Assembly: GCA_000004985.1 (NCBI GenBank)
Contig: GG738928.1
Source of the DNA: Naegleria gruberi
Lineage: Eukaryota
Length of the DNA: 64,000 bases
Strand: one strand, 5' to 3'
Position numbers and translations under genes: made by a program
In this document: piece after piece, positions 10,728 through 20,828 of the stretch
How the letters are laid out: each line of letters opens with the position of its first letter
Position numbering within the stretch: the stretch's first letter is position 1
The notes under the pieces: model-generated
Told to the model about the DNA's origin: nothing
What the model saw: only the letters and a program-made list of their open reading frames with translations
Database searches by the model: none

Positions 10728-11525
10728 ATGATAAACACTTCTGATATTGCCACACAAAACTATTTCAATGATCATTCCATGTCATTGAAAATTCAATCGA
10801 TTTCGAATAGTAATTTCATCTTGCTTTCCTTCATGATGAGCATGTACTTGCTGACAGTTGGCTACTATTTAATCTTGCTGACAGAATGGTTCATCCATAA
10901 ACTCGTAGCTAAAAGACATTCTCTGTATAATAACAATAACTGTGTTGATGACAATTCGCCAACAATGATCAAAAACCAACAAGACGATAGTAATAATAAT
11001 AATTCTGTAATATATACAACAACAACCAACAACGAGTCATCACAACAACAATTAATTAATTCAGAATGTACATTATCCGAGACACCAGAAAATACAAATT
11101 CAAATAATAATCAACACGAAAATGATGAAAGCCTTGCTTCTTATATTCATCCAGATCTTTCTCCATCATCAGTAACTTCAACCTCCGAGAGTATTTTCAC
11201 CTCCAAACCAGCCACAGAGACTGTGCAAGCCGAATCTCTGCTCACCATCTTTAAAGAATTGGTTCAAAGAGTCATTGATATTGAAAAGGAGTGGACAAGA
11301 ATAATTTCTTCCCAATTGGAGAATAGCAAATTGGTTTACTATCATGATAGTTCTGATTCATCGTTGTGTTGTTCGAACTCTTCATCCTCCTCTTCTGATG
11401 ACTATTGTTATGAGAGTGGTAGAACAACTTTCCAGAATGTGAGAATGAGAAGAACAGCCAAATCACCAACCATGAAACGAATGAATTCCTTCCAATTTCC
11501 TCGTGGTATCAACTTTGCTCTGTAA
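10728..11525 (+). CDS. Ser/Asn-rich membrane protein, divergent family member 4 (C-terminus ...MKRMNSFQFPRGINFAL)
   Basis: 265-aa ORF with hydrophobic segment 'FILLSFMMSMYLLTVGYYLILLTEWFIHKLV'. Its C-terminal 'RMNSFQFP' resembles the 'RLNSFKFP' of member 1. It is oriented head-to-head with member 3. Confidence 0.45.
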   Translation: MINTSDIATQNYFNDHSMSLKIQSISNSNFILLSFMMSMYLLTVGYYLILLTEWFIHKLVAKRHSLYNNNNCVDDNSPTMIKNQQDDSNNNNSVIYTTTTNNESSQQQLINSECTLSETPENTNSNNNQHENDESLASYIHPDLSPSSVTSTSESIFTSKPATETVQAESLLTIFKELVQRVIDIEKEWTRIISSQLENSKLVYYHDSSDSSLCCSNSSSSSSDDYCYESGRTTFQNVRMRRTAKSPTMKRMNSFQFPRGINFAL

Positions 11526-11852
11526 AATAAAACTTAATATATGATCCCTTTAATTCATCATTAAAAATCTAACCGTTACACAAATTCCCTCCAAGAGAAT
11601 TAGCTGGAAAAAAATATTTCTATTCAACACAATAATATGAATTCCCTCTGCAAGAGTTTCACTTCATCATCATGAAGGAAATTCTTTGGTAATTCCTCTA
11701 GAAACTATTTCAAACTATATGAAGAGGAGAAGTATCCCGAATCAAGATCATCAATATATTAAACAAAATAACTCTATTCAATAATATTATAGTTGATAGT
11801 GTTATAATAACTACTTCATTAGAAATATATTCATAATAATAATAATTAGAAA

Positions 11853-13172
11853 ATGGTCATGTTAGAAAAACAAACTTGTTTGAATTTTGGTGCTAGTGAG
11901 ACTTCCTCTTTTTCCTTTGGTGCTGCTACAACTGCTGCTTCCACTTCCAATACCAACACTTCTTCCACAACAACCACTACAACTTCTCAACCAGTTAGCT
12001 CTTCCTTTGGTACTACCACAACACCTTCAGCAACTACATTTTCCTTTCAACCACTTCCAACAACAACAACAAGTAACAATACCAAACCAATAACAGGTTC
12101 CTGCTTTGGTACAACACCAAATCCTACAAGTACACAACCTCCTTTGGCAAGCACTGGTGCAACTTTTGGATCTTTTTCAGCTACACAAGCTCCTAGTTCT
12201 ACTGGAGGATTTGGTACATCACCATTTGGTTCTGTTCAAGCCACCACTGCAAGCAACAGCAATCCATCTGTTGGTTTTAATTTGAATTGTACATCTACCG
12301 TATTCCAAACCTCTACCGTCAATACTGGAGATTATATTCCTCTTAGTGGTCCTAATGGTATTGATTTGATTAAAAAGTGCACTAATTTCAGCGATTTGGA
12401 TATTAAGATTCTTTCCAATGACAAAGTATACACTACTTTAAGTTGCAACAGAGTACTAATCACTAATTTATCCGACAAATTCGATAAATTGGTCAAGAAT
12501 AAGATTGTTAAGGATTCTGACAAGTTTATTCTCACAATTTCTACTGAGGAATTTGAATCAAGTATTGGAAAAATTGATGCTCAAGTTTTGACTCACTTGT
12601 TTGAATGTATTGTTAGGGAATCAACTCAAGTGCATGTTAATCACTCATTCCATTTACTGGTTCTTCTCAATCAATTGGATTTATTGAGTACTATGAGAAT
12701 TTTAAGAAACTTGATTTGTAACAGCTTTACACAACCACATGCTCTTTTATTCGCCACTAAATTCAATAATTACTATACTGAAGGTCGTACGGTTAATGTT
12801 GAATTAATGAGTTTGTTCCTCACCTCTATTAACAATGTAGTTGGTGGAATTGACAAGATTTCAAATCAATTTGCGTTTGGAAAAATTAATCAACATCTCT
12901 TAGAACATTTCCTCAGCTCTAAATCCAAGACAGCTCCTTTGAGATGCATCTTTCATTCTATTGATATTTGGTTGGAAAGCAACAAGACCATTGCAAGTGA
13001 TCCTATTCAAGTGGCCACTCTTGTTGATTCCATTCATTTAGAAGCATCAAAGGATCATTCTCAAATTATTTCAACTCTCAGTTGTTGCCCATCCAGATTC
13101 CAATTCCTCAATACTTTGGATCCAGTTATGCGTTTGAAACTTATTCACAAACATGCCCTTCTCATTAAATAA
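11853..13172 (+). CDS. FG-repeat nucleoporin-like protein with structured C-terminal domain
   Basis: The N-terminal 160 aa are Ser/Thr-rich with repeated FG/SFG/GFG motifs (FSFGAATT, SSFGTTTT, CFGTTP, TFGSFS, GGFGTSPFGSV). The C-terminal ~270 aa are non-repetitive. Confidence 0.5.
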   Translation: MVMLEKQTCLNFGASETSSFSFGAATTAASTSNTNTSSTTTTTTSQPVSSSFGTTTTPSATTFSFQPLPTTTTSNNTKPITGSCFGTTPNPTSTQPPLASTGATFGSFSATQAPSSTGGFGTSPFGSVQATTASNSNPSVGFNLNCTSTVFQTSTVNTGDYIPLSGPNGIDLIKKCTNFSDLDIKILSNDKVYTTLSCNRVLITNLSDKFDKLVKNKIVKDSDKFILTISTEEFESSIGKIDAQVLTHLFECIVRESTQVHVNHSFHLLVLLNQLDLLSTMRILRNLICNSFTQPHALLFATKFNNYYTEGRTVNVELMSLFLTSINNVVGGIDKISNQFAFGKINQHLLEHFLSSKSKTAPLRCIFHSIDIWLESNKTIASDPIQVATLVDSIHLEASKDHSQIISTLSCCPSRFQFLNTLDPVMRLKLIHKHALLIK

Positions 13173-13550
13173 AGAATTATTGAACTGCATCAAATTTTCA
13201 CTTTAAGCATAGGGAATAACATGTTTTCAAATATCTTTCTTTTGAAAGCATAGTATGAGAGGATATATTGTACGGAATGGATTTCCTTCATTCCTCATAA
13301 CAAGAATCTCCAGAAAGAAATATTTGAGAAAGGAGAATGAAACAATACAAACTTATCGTTTAATTAAGTGAAATACTGTGGCAATTTTCGCCAATCGTCG
13401 ATCGCCAAAATGTGTGTACTCATTGTAGACCAGAGACGTTAATAAATATTACAATTTAGAGTTTTCTTTTATTTTATTTACATAAAGATTCAATTTGAAA
13501 TAAACTAGACACTGTAATTTTATAGGAAAGTAAAAGCAAATAGATGATAT

Positions 13551-14537
13551 TTATTTGGTTGCCTTCTTCTTAGTTCCCTTTTTAGCAGTCTTTGGTGGAG
13601 GAGGATCGTGTACATTTGTGTTAGACAAACAGGTCTTTAAGAATTCATCATAGGCAATGCTCTTGTTTTCTGGATTGGTGAATGTAAGAAGAATTTCATC
13701 AATTTCTTCTTGTGTCATTAAATCCTTTTCTCCCATAGTTGCTAAAATGAATTTGAGTTTTTCAGGTTCAAATTCTCCCTTAAAATCATCGTCAAAAGTT
13801 TCAAAAGCATCCAAAATTTTAAAGTGATCGTCTTGATTAGGAATTGGTGCATTTTGCATAATTCTTAAAAATTCATCAAGATTAAGTTGACATCTATTAA
13901 CTACTTCCTCAGAATTTGGAAGTATGCTTAGGTAGAGAGGAAGATCTTTTTCCTTTGGATTCTTCATTAATGCTCTCATCAGTGTCAGTAAATCAGAAAT
14001 CAAAACGTGACCTTTTAAAATGGTAAATGTTGGTTGAGGAGGAGCTTGCACTGCTGGTTCAACTACAGTCTTATCATTCTTTCCTCCCTTTTTATCTGTT
14101 CCCTTCTTTGCAGGTGCACTCTTCTTTTTATCATCTCCCTTCTTTGCACCCTTCTTATCGTCTCCTTCAGCAGGTGGTTGTGCTTTACCTGGTTTAATCG
14201 TCTTTTTAGCTTCATATAATTTAAATGCATCAGTATATCTCTTGATAATATCAGGAGGAATATCTTCTGGTTTTAAAATCATTGAGGAGGATAATCCCTT
14301 TCCAGATAATGATGTTGCAGGTCTGCTAGAGTCCCTAGTCATGTTTGGATCGGCAAAGGATGAATCTAGATTCATTCCTGACATATTCCCAATACCTGAC
14401 ATGTTATTCAATCCCGATGCATTATTAATACCTGAAATATTCAAATTAGACCCTTCCTCCACAGCAGCCATCGATATCGAATCATTCAATCCATAATTCG
14501 GAGTTGGTGTTCTTGGTAATTCCTCAGCTGTTGCCAT
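13551..14537 (-). CDS. EF-hand protein (paralog B of 3974..4885)
   Basis: Collinear with paralog A: 'IKRYTDAFKLYEAKKTIKP', a Lys-rich linker, 'LKGHVLISDLLTLMRALMKNPKE', and the EF-hand 'LDAFETFDDDFKGEFEPEKLKFILATMGEKDLMTQEEIDEIL'. Confidence 0.65.
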   Translation of the reverse strand: MATAEELPRTPTPNYGLNDSISMAAVEEGSNLNISGINNASGLNNMSGIGNMSGMNLDSSFADPNMTRDSSRPATSLSGKGLSSSMILKPEDIPPDIIKRYTDAFKLYEAKKTIKPGKAQPPAEGDDKKGAKKGDDKKKSAPAKKGTDKKGGKNDKTVVEPAVQAPPQPTFTILKGHVLISDLLTLMRALMKNPKEKDLPLYLSILPNSEEVVNRCQLNLDEFLRIMQNAPIPNQDDHFKILDAFETFDDDFKGEFEPEKLKFILATMGEKDLMTQEEIDEILLTFTNPENKSIAYDEFLKTCLSNTNVHDPPPPKTAKKGTKKKATK

Positions 14538-14833
14538 TTTGTATTTTCAATTATTATTATTAAACCTCTTCTATATTATTTATATTAAATTACTCGTATT
14601 AATCTATCTGTACAATTATTCTCTGTGTTGAAAATATGGTGTGTGCTCTGCCTAAATAATTTCTAATGCATTGAGCAATAAAAAATCAACTTGTTTCTAG
14701 CCTGCCGAAAATGTTCTTCTTTAAAAACAACCTTCCAAAGTTGTTTCTTTTTTTTTGTAGTTAGTTTTTCATCGTAGATGAATTTGGCGGTTCTTTTTTG
14801 GAACTGGTCATTCTAGGATTCTTTCAAAAAAGG

Positions 14834-16048
14834 TTAGTAATTATTGGGATGAATGAAGGGATTACTGAATGGATTGGTGAATGGAAGGGATGGTGATGAG
14901 GTGATGGGTATTATTGGTTGAGTATTTGTAGTCAATTCAGGTGTTGGATCAGTAGGAGTGAAATTTTCTTCCAAATTTGATGAGAAAGTTGTTGGAAAGG
15001 GTATTGAAGATGATCCAGATAATCCAGGTAATGGAAATGATGGATTTGATGAGGTTATTGTGCTATTATTCAAAGTAAATGATGGAGATTGTTGTAAATT
15101 TTCAAATTGAGGAAATGGAATAGGATTTGGATTGGATGATTCTTCCTTTGCTGGTTCTTGTGCAAATTTCTTTTCAGTATTCATTAGCAATTGTCTATAA
15201 GCATCACTCAGTGGCGTGTGGTGTGAAAACTCACAGGAGTCACCCTTCTTACATGAATTGTACAAGTGGAAGAATTTACATGGGAAAGTCTTCTTGTCAT
15301 GACTGAATGGACAACTATCTCCCTTATGGCAATTACCGTGAAGGAAGAATTTGCAGAAATCCTTGACTAGTGGCTCTTTAGGTTCCATAACTTTGAATTT
15401 TTTGTGAGCTGATCTATCATCCTTCTTTTGTTTTCTCTTTTTGTCCTGTTTGGTCTTGTTTGATTTGGAAGGACTACTCTTTTTCTTTCCTTGCTTTGTT
15501 ACTTTTTCATGTTTTTGTGTTTCATCAATTTTTTCAACCAAGAATTCTTCTCTTATTTGTTTTGAATTATTTTCCAAATTATTGATTGGAACAATTTCAC
15601 TTGGAATTTCTAAATTAGATAAAGATGGATTAGCAACAGTTTCATTACTAGATGCTTCCTCACTTGTAATATTCTTCTTCTTTTGTTTCCGTGTTACTTT
15701 CTTAATTTTAGGCTTTTCATTAGAATTTGATTTTTTCATTTCCATTCCGAAATTATTTCCTCGATCCAATGAATTATCCTCCTCAGTACCGACTTTATTT
15801 TCCAAAGCTAGACCTCTCAAACTATCCAATCCTTTTTTCTCATCCCTTTGTCCTTCATATTTCCTCGTCAAATCAATTTGTTTTGGTGTTTTAATAAATT
15901 CATCAAAAATCGAGAGCATTTCTGGTTTGTTTTTAAACCACTCGGAAGAAGCCTTCTCTCGGAGACATTTCTGCAATGCTTCTATCGAACATTCATTGGT
16001 GTTATCAGCAAGTGTTTGGGTAGAGTGATCATGTTGATGTTCTCCCAT
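14834..16048 (-). CDS. Tandem CCCH zinc-finger protein
   Basis: Two C-x7/8-C-x5-C-x3-H fingers: 'CKFFLHGNCHKGDSCPFSH' and 'CKFFHLYNSCKKGDSCEFSH'. A Lys-rich central region is present. Confidence 0.65.
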   Translation of the reverse strand: MGEHQHDHSTQTLADNTNECSIEALQKCLREKASSEWFKNKPEMLSIFDEFIKTPKQIDLTRKYEGQRDEKKGLDSLRGLALENKVGTEEDNSLDRGNNFGMEMKKSNSNEKPKIKKVTRKQKKKNITSEEASSNETVANPSLSNLEIPSEIVPINNLENNSKQIREEFLVEKIDETQKHEKVTKQGKKKSSPSKSNKTKQDKKRKQKKDDRSAHKKFKVMEPKEPLVKDFCKFFLHGNCHKGDSCPFSHDKKTFPCKFFHLYNSCKKGDSCEFSHHTPLSDAYRQLLMNTEKKFAQEPAKEESSNPNPIPFPQFENLQQSPSFTLNNSTITSSNPSFPLPGLSGSSSIPFPTTFSSNLEENFTPTDPTPELTTNTQPIIPITSSPSLPFTNPFSNPFIHPNNY

Positions 16049-16191
16049 TTTTTTTCTTCATGTTCAATTTATTAACCTATCAAATATTCATCATACCACT
16101 GTTTTACAAAATATTATTCAACTGATTCATATGTAACCATATTAAACAATATTTATTCAACTCTTCACATATGTTGAACACTTAAATGTAA

Positions 16192-16264
16192 GTACCCTTG
16201 GCTCAATTGGAAGAGCATCGGCCTACGGAGCCGGGGGTTGTGGGTTCGAGTCCCACAGGGTATA
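16192..16264 (+). tRNA. tRNA-Arg (ACG)
   Basis: GTACCCTTGGCTCAATTGGAAGAGCATCGGCCTACGGAGCCGGGGGTTGTGGGTTCGAGTCCCACAGGGTATA folds as a cloverleaf. The anticodon loop CTACGGA gives anticodon ACG, the T-arm is GTGGG/TTCGAGT/CCCAC, and the acceptor stem has a G1-U72 wobble. Confidence 0.85.
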
Positions 16265-16476
16265 ACTTTTTACTACATTGCAAACTATCTTTATCTTCTT
16301 TATTTTCGTTGAATCACAATTCATTTAGATATTTGAGGAATTTAACATAAGTTGAATAAATTCAAATATTTACAAGAAGGGATTCAGAAACAAAGGTTTA
16401 CTTATATTGAGTTTAAGAAAAATTAGAAAGATGTGTTGAATAATTAAACAAAATTTAATTTTTTATCTTGAATTCC

Positions 16477-18099
16477 TTACAATTCAAAAACTTTACCAGT
16501 ATTAAGAACAAGATTCTTATCGATAGCTCTCTTAAGAACTCTCATAAGATTGACAGCTTCTGGATCATGTTCAGTGTAGAGACCTTCTTGCTTACCAATA
16601 CCAACACCATGTTCACCAGAGCAGGTACCATCTCTTTCAATGGCTCTCTTAATGAGAACGTCATTGAATTGCAAGATGGTTTCCAATTCTTGCTTGTTGC
16701 TATCCAAGTATGGAATCATAAAGTGGAAATTACCATCACCAACGTGACCAACAATTGCAGGTGGGAGAGTAAAGTTACCAGTCTTGGCTTGATTTTCATT
16801 GAATTCAACAACATCACGTTCACTCAATTCAATAATATCAGCAAGCTTTGAAACTGGAACACAGACATCAGTGACGTACAATTTAACATCACCCTTCTTT
16901 CCTTCCTTCAACTTGAAGGCAGCATAATAGACATTTCTTCTAGCATGCCAGACTTCCTTTTGTTCATTTTCATCAGTGGTTGCAAGATACTCACGACCAC
17001 CATGCTTCTTGGCAATTTCTTCGACAATTTCAGAAGAAACCTTCAATGAAGCTTCATCAGCGCCATGGAATTCAAAAAAGAGGGTTGGACTAACTTCAAA
17101 ATCTCTGTTAAATTGCTTGTTAACAGCCATAATACCATACTTATTGATGAGTTCACATCTGGCCATATTTGAAACACCTCTTGATTTAACTTCAATAACA
17201 GTCTTGGCAGCATCACTGATAGAATTGAAAATGACACGACTGGCCAAAACCTTTGGTGGCTTGCTGATAATCTTCAAAGTAGCTTCAAGAATGATACCCA
17301 ATAAACCTTCACTTCCGACAAACAAGTGAGTCAAATCAAATCCAGTACTGCTCTTCAAAGCACGAGTTCTTGTAGTAATAATGGTACCATTTTCATCTGG
17401 CAAGACAACCTTAATTTGTAAAACATTTTCACGAATAGTTCCGTGAGCAACAGAGAGAGTACCACTAGCACCAGTTGATAATTGACCACCAATACTACTG
17501 TCACTTCCAGGATCGACAGCAAACATTAATCCCTTATTTTCCAAATATTCATTCAATTCAGATTTCTTAATACCAGTTTGAACTTTAACTTGTAAATCTT
17601 CTTCATACAAGTGGAGAACTGAACGCATCAATCTCATATTAACAGCAACACCTCCATGATATGGAACTGCACCACCTTCCAATCCAGTCAATGTACCTTG
17701 AGCAACAATTGGTAATTTTTCACGAACACACAAGGCCATAATCTTGGAAACTTCTTCATTACTAGTTGGGAAAACCAAAACGTCAACCTCTCCACGATGG
17801 AAATGAGAAGCATCAATGGTATGTTTAGCAATAGTTTGTGTTTGATTAGCATCAGCCATATTCTTTCCAAACTTGGTACTAAATACTCTGCTCTCATCTC
17901 CTCCAACAATTGAAAGAATTGTTTCATAGTGTTTATCAGTAAACTTTTGATAGGAAGCCACTCCTTGTTTTTCCACCACTTTGGATCCGACAACATTTTG
18001 CTTTTGAGCAACCAACAATTGTTGTTTAATTTCCATATTTTGATAATATAAGAAAGCCACGAGTGGCACCAACACTAAAATCAAGAGTTTGGATAACAT
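16477..18099 (-). CDS. DLD1-like: D-lactate dehydrogenase (cytochrome), FAD-linked oxidase family, with N-terminal membrane anchor
   Basis: 540-aa single ORF with FAD_binding_4-type and C-terminal FAD-oxidase regions, ending in 'GTCSGEHGVGIGKQEGL'. The N-terminus 'LLILVLVPLVAFLYY' is a TM anchor as in yeast DLD1. Confidence 0.85.
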   Translation of the reverse strand: MLSKLLILVLVPLVAFLYYQNMEIKQQLLVAQKQNVVGSKVVEKQGVASYQKFTDKHYETILSIVGGDESRVFSTKFGKNMADANQTQTIAKHTIDASHFHRGEVDVLVFPTSNEEVSKIMALCVREKLPIVAQGTLTGLEGGAVPYHGGVAVNMRLMRSVLHLYEEDLQVKVQTGIKKSELNEYLENKGLMFAVDPGSDSSIGGQLSTGASGTLSVAHGTIRENVLQIKVVLPDENGTIITTRTRALKSSTGFDLTHLFVGSEGLLGIILEATLKIISKPPKVLASRVIFNSISDAAKTVIEVKSRGVSNMARCELINKYGIMAVNKQFNRDFEVSPTLFFEFHGADEASLKVSSEIVEEIAKKHGGREYLATTDENEQKEVWHARRNVYYAAFKLKEGKKGDVKLYVTDVCVPVSKLADIIELSERDVVEFNENQAKTGNFTLPPAIVGHVGDGNFHFMIPYLDSNKQELETILQFNDVLIKRAIERDGTCSGEHGVGIGKQEGLYTEHDPEAVNLMRVLKRAIDKNLVLNTGKVFEL

Positions 18100-18684
18100 T
18101 CTCTCCGATGTGAGTGTTGTTGTATAGGTATGTCTTGTTGTATTTTTTTTTGATTTTCCTAAAAAGTTTCTGATTGTTTTGATTGAGCGTCTTGTGCAGG
18201 TGTGGTGATATTAACTTCATAGTAGTTGAATATTGAGGTTGCATGATGACCATTATGTTATAATTGACTATTGAGGACCTCACTCGATACTGAGCGAAAA
18301 AAAATTAAGGACATTTAGAAGGATATTTAAAAAGCTGAAAGCCGAATGGATATTGAATAAGACCTCTTACTCCTTCATTCCGAAAATTAATTTTCAAATA
18401 TTTGCATAATATTTATATCTAAATAATATTTAATAAAAAGGAAGAACTTGAACTCATAGAATGATGAACCTTGGGAAAAGCTAATGATGAACTTGGTTTT
18501 TATTAATAACGATAACATTGAACCAACCAAACACCAAATCAAAACTTTGAAAAAATACAACAACTAGTAGTAGGAAGAAGAACTTCTATTTGCAATTCAT
18601 CACTACAGTCGATTTCATTAAAAAAAGAAGAGGAAATTTATAGTAGATCAAATTGTCAATTGTTATTGAAAAAATAGTATCATC

Positions 18685-19827
18685 ATGAAGGCGTTTTTAA
18701 AGAATTTTGCAAAGGCTATTGGAGGTTCCGATAAAGTTTCTTCTGAAAGTCAAGTCTTGTTGGAGAATATTCCATTCGAAGCCAAAATGAGGGAACAATA
18801 TCCTTGTAATGTGCTTGGTTATAGTACTTTTTACAATGATCAAGGACTACCAAATGATAGAACTCAACAATGGTGTCCATATCAAGTTATTGGACCACCT
18901 ACTTGTTATCCAAATTTAGGAGATAATGTGACTGCTTGGTGTCCTGCTGGAATGGCTGGTCCTGAACACATTATTGTAGAATATGAAAAGCCAGTTATTG
19001 CAAAGGAAGTTCATGTTTATGAAACCTTAGGACCTGGATCAACTTGTAAAATATCTTGTAAAGTATATAAGGGAGAGGAAGATAAATCAGAAGAATGGAT
19101 TGTCTTGTGGGAAGATAAAACAGTCGTGACAAATGTTTCGGCTACAGCAGCAAGAGATTTTTCTCCTCCAATCTCTCAACTAGTTCTTACCAAGGTTATA
19201 AGGGTAGACTTGAATATTACATCCACTTGGTCTGAAATTGATACAATTAAATTAGTAGGAAATTATGATGTGGATCATGTGGAAATTACAGAACTTGGAT
19301 CAGAATATAGACAATTGTTCACTCAAGCTCAGGAAGATGGGCAAAACTACTCCGATGTCACCATTTCTTTGGTTAATTCTGACAAGCAAATTAATGCACA
19401 CAAGGGAATTATTGCTAGTAGATCGCCATATTTACTCAAACAATTGACTGTTCAAGATGGTCCACAGATTCATTTAGGGCTTGATGTCTCTTTTGAAAGT
19501 TTAAAACAAGCCATCTCATTCTTGTATTGTAATCATTGTGCTGTTTCTCTTGATACACTTTTTGAGCTCTATGCAATTGCCAACATTTTTGATTGTGATG
19601 ATTTGAAAGAGTTTTGTGAACATAATTTGACACTCTTGCTTACTCCAAGTAATCTTCAGGAAGTTTATGATAAGGCAGTTCAAAACCATCATACATCATT
19701 AACAGATACCATCCTTAGAGTTATGTTCAAGCACTACGATAGAATACAACAACTTGGTTTACAACAAATTCTCACAGAGAAAGATGCTCTCACCCTTAAA
19801 AATATGAGACGATCAAATAGTAAATAA
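18685..19827 (+). CDS. BTB/POZ domain protein with N-terminal beta-sandwich (APC10/DOC- or PHR-like) domain
   Basis: The C-terminal BTB is 'VTISLVNSDKQINAHKGIIASRSPYLLKQL...LYAIANIFDCDDLKEFCEHNL'. The N-terminal domain is Cys/Trp-rich and globular. Confidence 0.6.
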   Translation: MKAFLKNFAKAIGGSDKVSSESQVLLENIPFEAKMREQYPCNVLGYSTFYNDQGLPNDRTQQWCPYQVIGPPTCYPNLGDNVTAWCPAGMAGPEHIIVEYEKPVIAKEVHVYETLGPGSTCKISCKVYKGEEDKSEEWIVLWEDKTVVTNVSATAARDFSPPISQLVLTKVIRVDLNITSTWSEIDTIKLVGNYDVDHVEITELGSEYRQLFTQAQEDGQNYSDVTISLVNSDKQINAHKGIIASRSPYLLKQLTVQDGPQIHLGLDVSFESLKQAISFLYCNHCAVSLDTLFELYAIANIFDCDDLKEFCEHNLTLLLTPSNLQEVYDKAVQNHHTSLTDTILRVMFKHYDRIQQLGLQQILTEKDALTLKNMRRSNSK

Positions 19828-19903
19828 TTTACGCATTCCTCTAATACTCTAAATTATTTAGTGAATTATTCAAAGTCTAAAATTTCATTTATTTGGGAAA
19901 ATC

Positions 19904-20467
19904 CTAAATTCCTAAAATAACTCTCTTCTTTGCCGTAAATTCCTCCTCAGTCAAAATTCCAGAATCTCTCAACGAGGCCAATTTTTCCAAATCCTGAATA
20001 ATTGAATCATTCTTTGATTTTCCAATTTGACTTGTTGAAGTTGATGAGCTAGTGTTATTCGATTTTTCATTTACAATAATTTTTTGATAATTAGTTTCAC
20101 CAGTTTTCACATCATATTCGAAACCAGTTTTTTGTGGAGATTTCTTGAAATTCTTTGAATTTTCAGAGATTGAAGTAGCATGAGATGAATGTTTAGATGT
20201 AATGTAAGCTTGACCAAAGTTTCCATCAAATCTTTGTTTGAAACGAAGTCCTTGAGAGCCATCAAACAAGATAAAAGTTCCATCACTTGTCAAGTTGAAA
20301 GGAAATTTCTTTTCCAGTCTAACTTCTGGCATACAAAGTTTAATTTCAATTTTGTGTTCACGAGAAATATTTGGAAATGGTATGTTTAGAATAACGTGTT
20401 CATTCATATCGGAATCTCCACTTTCGAATACTTTTTCAAATTCAGCATCCGACGTGACTGTTCTCAC
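19904..20467 (-). CDS. Protein with C-terminal SHOCT-like motif
   Basis: The C-terminus 'IQDLEKLASLRDSGILTEEEFTAKKRVILGI' matches the SHOCT consensus (L..L..L...G.IT.EEF...K..LL). The N-terminal ~120 aa look like a globular domain. Confidence 0.5.
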   Translation of the reverse strand: MRTVTSDAEFEKVFESGDSDMNEHVILNIPFPNISREHKIEIKLCMPEVRLEKKFPFNLTSDGTFILFDGSQGLRFKQRFDGNFGQAYITSKHSSHATSISENSKNFKKSPQKTGFEYDVKTGETNYQKIIVNEKSNNTSSSTSTSQIGKSKNDSIIQDLEKLASLRDSGILTEEEFTAKKRVILGI

Positions 20468-20754
20468 ATGAATAGTCTAAAGAATGATGAATTATTGAAA
20501 AGTTAATGAATAATAATATACATACTGTTGGAAACTCTTCGGAAGTTGGAAGTTTATAAATGAAAAGGTTTAGTTCAGTTGTTATTGACATTTTTTTTGG
20601 TTTTGAAATTGATAAGAAATCAGTGATTACCGATTTGTACATTTTCTAATGAGTACTTGTCAGTGAAATAAATGTCATGCCTCCATTACACAGTTGCTCT
20701 ACCTTGATACAGTGATTTAGTGCCAATATTAATAAATTCGAAAATTGAATGCAA

Positions 20755-20828
20755 GCGCCGTTAGATCAGTTGGTTAGATCGTCAGCTTTACACGCTGAAG
20801 GTCAAGGGTTCGACTCCCTTACGGCGTA
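20755..20828 (+). tRNA. tRNA-Val (TAC)
   Basis: GCGCCGTTAGATCAGTTGGTTAGATCGTCAGCTTTACACGCTGAAGGTCAAGGGTTCGACTCCCTTACGGCGTA. The anticodon arm TCAGC/TTTACAC/GCTGA gives anticodon TAC, and the T-arm is AAGGG/TTCGACT/CCCTT. Confidence 0.85.

Noticed and set aside
11887-12093. 68-aa Leu/Pro/Gln-rich ORF
   Set aside because: It is an alternative frame within the FG-repeat region of 11853..13172. Low-complexity sequence makes all frames open.
14034-14496. Two short plus-strand ORFs
   Set aside because: They are antisense to EF-hand paralog B and have no motif support.
15441-16075. 195-aa and 75-aa plus-strand ORFs
   Set aside because: They are antisense to the CCCH zinc-finger gene and composed of Phe/Leu/Ser from the reverse-complemented Lys/Glu-rich codons. 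These are shadow ORFs.
16468-17329. Plus-strand ORFs of 127 and 117 aa
   Set aside because: They are antisense to the D-lactate dehydrogenase gene.
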